Assembly (NCBI GenBank): GCA_964615565.1
Contig: CAZTPC010000001.1
Location: 7,353 to 71,352, forward strand
Origin: an uncultured Candidatus Saccharibacteria bacterium
Lineage (GTDB): Bacteria; Patescibacteriota; Saccharimonadia; Saccharimonadales; AWTP1-31
Length of the DNA stretch: 64,000 nucleotides
Direction of reading: 5' to 3'
The translations under genes and the position numbers were made by a program. Positions 56,737 to 64,000 of this stretch are shown here, one piece after another. A model generated the notes under the pieces. That model made no database searches. It saw only the letters and a list, made by a program, of their open reading frames with translations, and was not told where the DNA came from. The stretch's first letter is position 1. Each line of letters begins with the position of its first letter.

Positions 56737-58269
56737 TTAGTATCCAGAGAAATAATCCGTACGAATATGATCACGTGGGATACCCATGGAGCGCAGGGTT
56801 CGCTTGTTAGCAATCACCATTCCATTTGGCCCAGATATATAATACTGACGTTTGTCATAATCAAGTACGTGCTGTTTAATCATGTCCGCAGTAATAAACC
56901 CAACTTCGCCGCTCCAGCTCTTTGGAACTTCTTCGCCAGGAGTAGGGCTTAGTACATACACAACTTTCAGCCCGTATTCTTTAGCATCATTCAATACGTT
57001 TTTGTAGACAATTTGCTTGGGGTCGCTCACCGCGTAGAATAGCACTATGTTGCGAGACTGACGGTTGTCTATTAGGTACTTCAACATACTGCGGTAAGGC
57101 GTAATGCCAATGCCGCCGGCAATAAATACCATGCGAACTTTTTCATCGATTGGCAGAAGAAAATCGCCAGCCAGATTATTGGCAGTCACGATGGTACCCT
57201 TGGGCAAGACAGCCAGGGTACTTTTGAATGCACTACCTTTCTGGGCATGCTTAACACCAAATAAAACTGTGTCCTCAGTTGGTGATGATGCGATAGTGAA
57301 TGTTCGCCGATTACCAAGTGAGTCGGACTTTTTAAGAGGGAGGGTCAGTTCTAGATATTGTCCAGGCTTATAGTCTAGTGGAGATTCAGGCTTGAACGAA
57401 TATTCGTACACTGTCCGACCGATCTCCTCGCGCGAGACAAGTTTGAGTGGTTGTCGTCCGCGGGGTGCCGCAAGTAGCAAAAATAGGTTACCAAGTATTA
57501 GACTGAGCTCTGGTGTCATAGACAGGCTGCCGATATGCAACCCGGATCCAAATAATGCACCCACAATAGCGCCATGGGCAATCTGCTGATATCGTCGGGG
57601 CGGAGTGGTAACTGGCTCGGTTAGCATAAAACCGCCAAAGAACAGGATAGGGAACGACAATAAGCTTAATCGTATAGCTTCAACAATGCCATTGTCTGAC
57701 CTTAGAACTATAAGTAGCATAGCCATGCCAGCAAAACTGAGGAACATTGGGAATCGGTGAATTTTACGCAGTTCAAGAACTGCCAGTATGGCAACAAATA
57801 TAAACATACTGCTGCTGCCAATCCACCAACGAGTGTGGAGTAGTCCAGTTAGTCCAATAACCAGGGCGCCAAAGGCAGCCGGGTTGAAGAGGTGCCGTTG
57901 TCGTTTCGTAATTAAATATTTTGAAGCTATCGCAATAAGACCCGCAAGACCAAGTGCTATACCTTCGCGAATGTTACGCGGTGGTTGGAATATAAAGTAC
58001 AACAGCAGCGCGGTAATGTTGCTTGATTCGTTATTGCTGACTGCACCATATAGTTTTGCCAAGATGTAGTTTGAGCCAATGCATACACCAATTAGGATAG
58101 AGATGCTTACAAGTGGACGAACGGGGCCATACGGCAGTACACCGGTAATACTGAATAGTAATGAGATTGCAAAGAGTGCACGAAGCCCCCATAGCAAGAG
58201 GCGGTACATGGTGACTTTATTAACAAAGTCGTCTATAGCATTTTGAATGGTGTGTAACACTTGTTTCAT
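56737..58269 (-). CDS. RnfD/NqrB-like membrane domain fused to an FAD/NAD(P)H-binding ferredoxin-reductase domain
   Basis: HLFNPAAFG and MLTEPVTTP; RTFTIASSP, AGGIGITP, YISGP..M, D.FSGY. Confidence 0.88.
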   Translation of the reverse strand: MKQVLHTIQNAIDDFVNKVTMYRLLLWGLRALFAISLLFSITGVLPYGPVRPLVSISILIGVCIGSNYILAKLYGAVSNNESSNITALLLYFIFQPPRNIREGIALGLAGLIAIASKYLITKRQRHLFNPAAFGALVIGLTGLLHTRWWIGSSSMFIFVAILAVLELRKIHRFPMFLSFAGMAMLLIVLRSDNGIVEAIRLSLLSFPILFFGGFMLTEPVTTPPRRYQQIAHGAIVGALFGSGLHIGSLSMTPELSLILGNLFLLLAAPRGRQPLKLVSREEIGRTVYEYSFKPESPLDYKPGQYLELTLPLKKSDSLGNRRTFTIASSPTEDTVLFGVKHAQKGSAFKSTLAVLPKGTIVTANNLAGDFLLPIDEKVRMVFIAGGIGITPYRSMLKYLIDNRQSRNIVLFYAVSDPKQIVYKNVLNDAKEYGLKVVYVLSPTPGEEVPKSWSGEVGFITADMIKQHVLDYDKRQYYISGPNGMVIANKRTLRSMGIPRDHIRTDYFSGY

Positions 58270-59168
58270 GATGCTAACATTCGGCCAGGAAAATTGTCCG
58301 AAGTCCTTATGCTATTATCCGACATTTGCATAACATACTCAAATTCGAATTCTTTTTGTAGACGTGAGGGCGGTGTAAAAAATAATGCAGTAGATAGTCC
58401 ATCGGCTAGCATGGTTGTTTTTGCGACTACACAGGTTGCTGTAACAGTTTCGGTAGAGCGAAGGGTAGACGGGTTAATAATGTGGTGAAATTCGCCCCAC
58501 TTACGACGGCTCCCTGCTGAAGCGCATAGACTTTGATTTGATAGTTCGGCAATCCCAATGGCAGTGCCGAGCTGTTCTGGGTCTTCTAGCCCAACAGGGG
58601 TGGAACTTCTTAGAGTAGGGGAGGCAACACGAATATCTCCCCCGGCATCGATTAGATATGTGGTAATCCCCTGATCTTGGATGAGTTCTGCAATTTGATC
58701 AACCAAATATCCTTTGCCAATAGCCCCAAAGTCTAACAAGCATTCATACTTAACATGTAAAGTATTGTCTGTAAGTTCGACTGTCTCTGGTAATTCTGGT
58801 ATCGGTCGCAACTTTGTTGGTTTCAGGCTGTACATAGAATCGTACCCTGCTCTTTCCATTGCATCGCCAATTAATGGCGTTACTAATCCGTTAGTTATTT
58901 TGTATAGCTGCTCATACATATCTAGCATTGGTGCGAGATCGGCTGGTGCTGTATAGTCGCCAGGTTTGCGCACGCTCCAGACCCACGAATCGGCGCGGAA
59001 GCGGGAATAGGTACGGTCGAATTCACTAATGTGAACGGCGATAAGCTCTGCGATCATTGGAGCTAATTCTTGGTGGGCTTCGAATTCGATATTCCAGATC
59101 GTACCAATAGCCTCAAAGTCGAGACGGATAGGCGACGTTTTAGCTTTGAGCTTGGTTTCGGATGGCAT
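58266..59168 (-). CDS. apbE: FAD:protein FMN transferase
   Basis: SRFR.DS, DFGAIGKGY.VD, DAGGD, HIINP and ADGLSTA motifs. Confidence 0.92.
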   Translation of the reverse strand: MPSETKLKAKTSPIRLDFEAIGTIWNIEFEAHQELAPMIAELIAVHISEFDRTYSRFRADSWVWSVRKPGDYTAPADLAPMLDMYEQLYKITNGLVTPLIGDAMERAGYDSMYSLKPTKLRPIPELPETVELTDNTLHVKYECLLDFGAIGKGYLVDQIAELIQDQGITTYLIDAGGDIRVASPTLRSSTPVGLEDPEQLGTAIGIAELSNQSLCASAGSRRKWGEFHHIINPSTLRSTETVTATCVVAKTTMLADGLSTALFFTPPSRLQKEFEFEYVMQMSDNSIRTSDNFPGRMLAS

Positions 59169-59652
59169 CGAGTGCGTTGTTAAAGCCTCTAGTGGTCAGT
59201 GATGCACCGGCGATTCGCGAAAGTCGAAGCGTTGCTACTGACTTGCCCGAAACTGATTCTTCATACTGATCTTTAAAGTCTTGCAGGTATTCTTTAGATT
59301 CACGAGATGTTACATCGCCAGTTACAGAACTGCTAGAGATTGCACCATTGCTAATGGTTATTGTTACCGTGATCTCTTCGTTTCCACCAGGAGTACTAAA
59401 GTCGCCCTTGGCTGTATAGGTTCCGTCTTTGTATGTGCCACTCGATGAGCTGCCAGTAGACGACGTGTCGGCAGTGCTGTTGTTCGAAGTATCCGAAGTC
59501 GATGAAGACGAAGAATCTGCTGTAGAGCTTGAACCCATAGAATCCGTGGTAGAGTCCTTGGGTTTTAGAAATATTGTACCGGCGATAATCATGCCGATAA
59601 TCACGACGGCTACGATTCCGACTACAGCGTTATTTTTTGATCCTTGCTTCAT
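59140..59652 (-). CDS. Membrane-anchored FMN-binding (flavinylated) protein
   Basis: TM, Ser-rich linker, YKDGTY, IAGASLT flavinylation-type motif. Confidence 0.85.
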   Translation of the reverse strand: MKQGSKNNAVVGIVAVVIIGMIIAGTIFLKPKDSTTDSMGSSSTADSSSSSTSDTSNNSTADTSSTGSSSSGTYKDGTYTAKGDFSTPGGNEEITVTITISNGAISSSSVTGDVTSRESKEYLQDFKDQYEESVSGKSVATLRLSRIAGASLTTRGFNNALDAIRNQAQS

Positions 59653-59705
59653 TGATTCTCCTTAGTTCTAACAGTATATCAAGTAGCTGATGGTTTACTG
59701 AGTAA

Positions 59706-60296
59706 CTACGGTTTGGGGTCGTAGAACGTAATCCAGATAATCCAAATTTGTATTAGCATTCCGAGAAGAATCTGCATGACAACCCATGTGATGCTTCGTG
59801 GCAGAACACTCATGGCTGCTGCCAGTATTGCACCAAGCGCGACGAGCATTATTGAGTTTTTGCGCAGTATTTTGTCTTTGTTACGTTTAGCTAGCCCATA
59901 AATGCCGAACAGAAAACCAAGCGTCATAAGATACGCGATACTGATATGAAGAAGGTTGCTGACTTGGTTTTTGGGATGATACGGGATAAGCGCAATCCCT
60001 AGAAGTCCTAGCGCTGCAAAGCTGAAAAGACGAGTAGGGGTGGTGAGTTTGTTGCGTAAGTGCCCTACCACAAATATCCAAAAGCTTGCAGCCGCTAAGC
60101 CGAAACATAATGAGAAGACTAATCGTGTTTCTGGCAGTGTTGAGTAGTAGCTTATTGGCTGATTGCCTTTTAAACCCTCGTTGGTGCGTACATGAAAGAA
60201 CAATACGGCGAACCACTCTAAGATGATGGCAAGAATGCCGCCATACCTGGAGAACTCGACGAGGCGTTTGTTACGCGTGATATGCGCAATCTGCAT
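59706..60296 (-). CDS. DUF998-like membrane protein
   Basis: Six TMs, ISY and LH motifs. Confidence 0.6.
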   Translation of the reverse strand: MQIAHITRNKRLVEFSRYGGILAIILEWFAVLFFHVRTNEGLKGNQPISYYSTLPETRLVFSLCFGLAAASFWIFVVGHLRNKLTTPTRLFSFAALGLLGIALIPYHPKNQVSNLLHISIAYLMTLGFLFGIYGLAKRNKDKILRKNSIMLVALGAILAAAMSVLPRSITWVVMQILLGMLIQIWIIWITFYDPKP

Positions 60297-60316
60297 ATGG
60301 TTAGTATAGCAGTGAA

Positions 60317-61540
60317 CTAGTAGCGAGCTTCAACAAAGGTGAGGGCGTAGCCCACATTGCCAGCACGGCCAGCACGGCCAATACGGTGGATGTAGTCGTC
60401 GTAAGTGCCAGGTGTAGAGTAGTTGATTACGTGCGTAATACCAGTAACATCGATACCACGGGCTGCTACATCGGTAGCAACAAGGATAGAAATTTCGCTT
60501 TTCTTGAAGCGGGCAAGTGCACGTTGGCGTTGGCCTTGGCTTTTACCACCATGGATAGAATCGGTTTTGAATCCACGGGCAATCAGTTCCTCGTTGAGAC
60601 GTTCAACGCCGCGTTGAGTTTCGTCGAAGATAATCGCCTTCTCTACTTTGCCGCCGATAAGTATATCGTGCAGCTGGGTCATGCGGTCGCTGTTGGTTTG
60701 GTAGGCAACGATATCTTGGTGGACGTTCTCGCTAGTTTCGCCAGACTTAACAGAAATAGTGATTGGATCATTGGCAAAACGATCGATGATACCCATGACA
60801 CGTTGGTCCATAGTTGCAGAGAAGAATAGTGACTGACGCTTTTCGGCAACGTTAGACAGAATGTCTGTAACATCTTGTACAAAGCCCATGTCTAGCATGC
60901 GGTCTACTTCGTCTAGTACGACAGTATCGAAGCCACCTAGTTTGAGAGTGCCACGTTCTAGGTGGTCTTTGATTCGACCAGGTGTACCGATAACGATACG
61001 TGGGTTGCCCCTAAGGTCGCGAAGCTGTGGGCCCATTGGTGATCCACCAATAAGTACTGCGCCGGTTAGCCCGCTTCCGCGAGCGATTTCTTTACACTCA
61101 ACTTCGATTTGCTGAGCAAGTTCGCGAGTTGGTGCAATCATAACTACCTTACTGTGCTGACTAGACATCAACTTGTTAAGAGTTGGAATAGCGAAAGCTG
61201 CAGTTTTACCAGTACCAGTGTTGGCGATACCAACAATATCAAGTCCCTTAAGAACTTCTGGGATCGTTTGGTCTTGGATTGGAGAAGGAGTTACATAGCC
61301 CTTCTTTGCGAGGTTTTCTTTGAGCAAATCAGCTACAGCGAAGTCGCTGAACTGGTGTTTTGCAGTATAGTCTTCCTGCTTTACGGGTGTTGCTTCACGT
61401 ACGAATTTAGAAGGGTGAATAAACGCCTTCTTTGGACCACGTCCACGGCTGCCGCCACTGCGATTGCCGCCAAATGATTGTGTTGGACGACGGTTTGTAT
61501 TTGTTCGGTTAAACGAACGTCGGTTACCTTGATAAGGCAT
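60317..61540 (-). CDS. DEAD-box RNA helicase (RhlE/CshA-like)
   Basis: Q motif, TGTGKT, PTRELA, TPGR, DEVD, SAT, ARGID and HRIGRAGR. Confidence 0.95.
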   Translation of the reverse strand: MPYQGNRRSFNRTNTNRRPTQSFGGNRSGGSRGRGPKKAFIHPSKFVREATPVKQEDYTAKHQFSDFAVADLLKENLAKKGYVTPSPIQDQTIPEVLKGLDIVGIANTGTGKTAAFAIPTLNKLMSSQHSKVVMIAPTRELAQQIEVECKEIARGSGLTGAVLIGGSPMGPQLRDLRGNPRIVIGTPGRIKDHLERGTLKLGGFDTVVLDEVDRMLDMGFVQDVTDILSNVAEKRQSLFFSATMDQRVMGIIDRFANDPITISVKSGETSENVHQDIVAYQTNSDRMTQLHDILIGGKVEKAIIFDETQRGVERLNEELIARGFKTDSIHGGKSQGQRQRALARFKKSEISILVATDVAARGIDVTGITHVINYSTPGTYDDYIHRIGRAGRAGNVGYALTFVEARY

Positions 61541-61696
61541 AAAAAAGAATCCTTGTTTGTTGATTTATATTACGACTGCTCTAATGAGAAGCCGCAATTA
61601 TCTCGTGTCGATCTGTAATCGAAAACTCACAAACTCGGATTCATCTTTAGTACAATAGCTTAATTTTAGCATATTGTTGTTAAAACCGCAATATGT

Positions 61697-62431
61697 CTAA
61701 CAACCTTTGCCGGCAAGGGGTACGATAAAGCTTCCTGCTGCAATACTCTTGTGAAAATATGGGTCAGTGGGCTGTTTAGTTAAGACATCAACCACATAGC
61801 TAATTTCCTGGCCGTACGCTCCACGCTTTTTAAGGTTCTTTTCGGTAAGGCGTTTTTCTTCTTCTGTCCATGTGCCGTAACCTTTTGTGTAGTAGCCCCA
61901 TCCTTCGGTTAAGAATTGGGTATATCCACCGATAATAAAGCGTTCCATGTATGGGTGTTCTGTAGTTACCGCAAAGCCAGACTGTGTGCCGGTGTGCATT
62001 CGGTCATCAAAGCTATCAGACATGATGCCGTTGATGGCAGACTTCTTTGCCTTGAGTGAGGCGTCGGCATGGAAGTTCTCAATCTGTACGTCAGGCATCA
62101 ATTCAGGTAGAGGTTGATCTTTATTAGCCTTGATAGCCAAGTTGATATCGAGCGACTTTGTGTCGGTAACTTTCCAGCTATCAGTGTCATATTCAGTGGA
62201 GAATGTAGCCTCTAGGTCGAATGCTTCGCCCGGAACATCCAGTGTCTGGGTTAGGCTACGGTCACCTTCTAGACCGCTTGTCATACAGGCTGATTTTCGG
62301 TCATGTGAGCTTCGCGAGTCCTCCGGTTTTTGCGGGTCGCAACCGCTGAGTGCTCCCGCCCCAAGTGCGAGTGATGTTACTAATGCTACTGCGCGTAGTG
62401 CGTTTCCAAATTCATGACCTCGTAGCGCCAT
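61697..62431 (-). CDS. Putative lipoprotein
   Basis: Signal peptide with ALSGC lipobox; AAGGAG SD. Confidence 0.7.
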   Translation of the reverse strand: MALRGHEFGNALRAVALVTSLALGAGALSGCDPQKPEDSRSSHDRKSACMTSGLEGDRSLTQTLDVPGEAFDLEATFSTEYDTDSWKVTDTKSLDINLAIKANKDQPLPELMPDVQIENFHADASLKAKKSAINGIMSDSFDDRMHTGTQSGFAVTTEHPYMERFIIGGYTQFLTEGWGYYTKGYGTWTEEEKRLTEKNLKKRGAYGQEISYVVDVLTKQPTDPYFHKSIAAGSFIVPLAGKGC

Positions 62432-62713
62432 AGTTTTCTCCTTGTTTGCTTTATAACAAACAAATAGTTCGACTTTTGAGGCCGAACTACTACAAAGAGA
62501 GTCCAGTCTGCCCGGTTACGCTAGTGGCTCCGTATAACTCAAGCGTCCAAGTACGAGTTATAGATCAATGCCTACAGAACTATCTGTTATCAAAAATATA
62601 TCACTTAATTACCTATTGCACAAGTATGTGACGTTGCATACTTTGTGGTAGCTCAGCTGGTTTTCAGCAAGTCCAACTACTATGCAGGTAATAACTAATG
62701 TAAGGAAACTATT

Positions 62714-64000
62714 ATGAATGTTGTGACACGTGGTGTTAGAAATGCTTTTCGCAATAGCATTAGAACCTTTTCGATCGTGGCAATCCTGGGCCTAAGTATC
62801 GGATTGGCTCTGTCTATGTTGGTGGCCCGATCGGCTGTAGAAGATAAGATATCGTCGGTGAAAGCATCGATTGGTAACACCGTTACGGTGTCTCCGGCAG
62901 GAACTCAGGGCTTCGAAGGTGGCGGCGAACCGCTCACTGGGAAGGCTGTTAGCAAAATTTCGTCTTTGGATAACGTAACGAGCGTAGTACAAACCCTAAA
63001 CGATAGACTTACTAGCGAGAATACAAATCTAGTATCAGCTATCGATGCCGGCACACTTGGTAATAGGCGGGCAGGAAACTCAGGCGTAGGTTTTATGGCA
63101 CCGCCAAGTGATGTGCCACGGATGGAAAGTAGCTCAGGCGCAAGCGGTACAGAGCAGATTACACGAACGTTTACGCCACCAGTAACCGCAACTGGTAGTA
63201 ATAACACTACCTCCGCTACGGTATACGGAGGCGACACAGTTACCTTTACGTCTGGCAAAGCATTTGACCCAAGCAAGGCGGAGAATGAGGCGGTAGTCGG
63301 CAAAGCTTTGGCAGAGAAAAACTCACTTAAGGTTGGCTCTACCTTTACCACATACGGCCAAACAATTACGGTAGTTGGGATATATGACACGGGCAATACC
63401 TTTGCAAACGCTGGGCTTATCTTGCCGCTCGCAACACTTCAAAAACTATCCAGTCAGACAGACACCGTAACTAGCGCCGTTGTAACCGTCGATTCTGTAG
63501 ACAACATCGACACTGCGGTTAGTGCAATTAAGAAACAACTTGGTAGTACTGCAGACGTTGTAAGCAATCAGGAAACAGCCAAGCAAGCTGTCGAACCACT
63601 AGAAAGCGTCAAGACTATTTCGACATTCAGTTTGTTTGTTGCAGTCATCGCCGGCGCTGTAATTATCTTACTGACCATGGTTATGATTGTCCGCGAACGG
63701 CGCAGGGAAATCGGGGTCTTTAAAGCCATCGGTGCATCGAATATAAAAGTTGTACTGCAGTTTATGTCCGAAGCAGTAACACTAACAATCCTAGGGTTGT
63801 TAGCCGGATTAATAATAGGTGTAGCAACAGCAGGACCAATTACTAAGGTTCTGGTTAATAATAGCCAGTCATCTGGCCAGGCCTTACAGATGGGCGCACC
63901 AAATCGGATGCGTGGATTCGCGGGCAGGGGGCTCGGCGCAAATGTTCGAAACGTAAAAGCATCGGTCGACAGCAGCATTCTGGTATATGGTGTTGGCACG
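62714..64000 (+). CDS. MacB/FtsX-family ABC transporter permease, 3'-truncated by window edge
   Basis: MNVVTRGVRNAFRNSIRT..., TM, extracellular domain, RERRREIGVFKAIGAS; frame open to the end of the window; not in ORF track. Confidence 0.88.
   Translation, partial: MNVVTRGVRNAFRNSIRTFSIVAILGLSIGLALSMLVARSAVEDKISSVKASIGNTVTVSPAGTQGFEGGGEPLTGKAVSKISSLDNVTSVVQTLNDRLTSENTNLVSAIDAGTLGNRRAGNSGVGFMAPPSDVPRMESSSGASGTEQITRTFTPPVTATGSNNTTSATVYGGDTVTFTSGKAFDPSKAENEAVVGKALAEKNSLKVGSTFTTYGQTITVVGIYDTGNTFANAGLILPLATLQKLSSQTDTVTSAVVTVDSVDNIDTAVSAIKKQLGSTADVVSNQETAKQAVEPLESVKTISTFSLFVAVIAGAVIILLTMVMIVRERRREIGVFKAIGASNIKVVLQFMSEAVTLTILGLLAGLIIGVATAGPITKVLVNNSQSSGQALQMGAPNRMRGFAGRGLGANVRNVKASVDSSILVYGVGT

Noticed and set aside
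62530-62590. Purine riboswitch (CGTATAA...)
   Set aside because: Lacks the TTCTACC and CCGTAAA elements; it is a simple inverted repeat.
1-64000. CRISPR array, IS element, prophage or stop-codon reassignment
   Set aside because: No regularly spaced repeats, transposase or phage structural genes were seen by eye; TGA terminates intact genes (for example mutY and the FtsB-like gene), consistent with code 11.

Overview
Gene-dense (about 47% GC by eye) bacterial chromosome segment using genetic code 11. The gene repertoire and style point to a Patescibacteria/CPR genome, most likely Candidatus Saccharibacteria; this is an inference. It carries cell-envelope genes (GT2, GT4, sugar transferase, LCP, GtrA, uppP, uppS-like, Mur ligase), housekeeping genes (nadD, non-discriminating aspS, tsaC, dus, mutY, DEAD-box helicase, tRNA-Ile2), transporters and an ApbE/FMN-binding/RnfD-FNR flavinylation module. 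Many acidic orphan ORFs are interspersed. No integrase, transposase, CRISPR array or rRNA is visible. The strongest candidate for an undescribed system is a well-formed cobalamin riboswitch (13661-13798) upstream of a 13-codon uORF, a 568-aa unknown Cys/His-tailed protein and an unannotated 54-aa zinc-ribbon protein. Other highlights are a probable Asp/Asn-sensing leader peptide before aspS, widespread leaderless gene starts, a caspase-fold-like orphan, and a three-gene unit ending in an SF2 helicase with a large insertion. All family calls come from motif recognition by eye; no database search was run.
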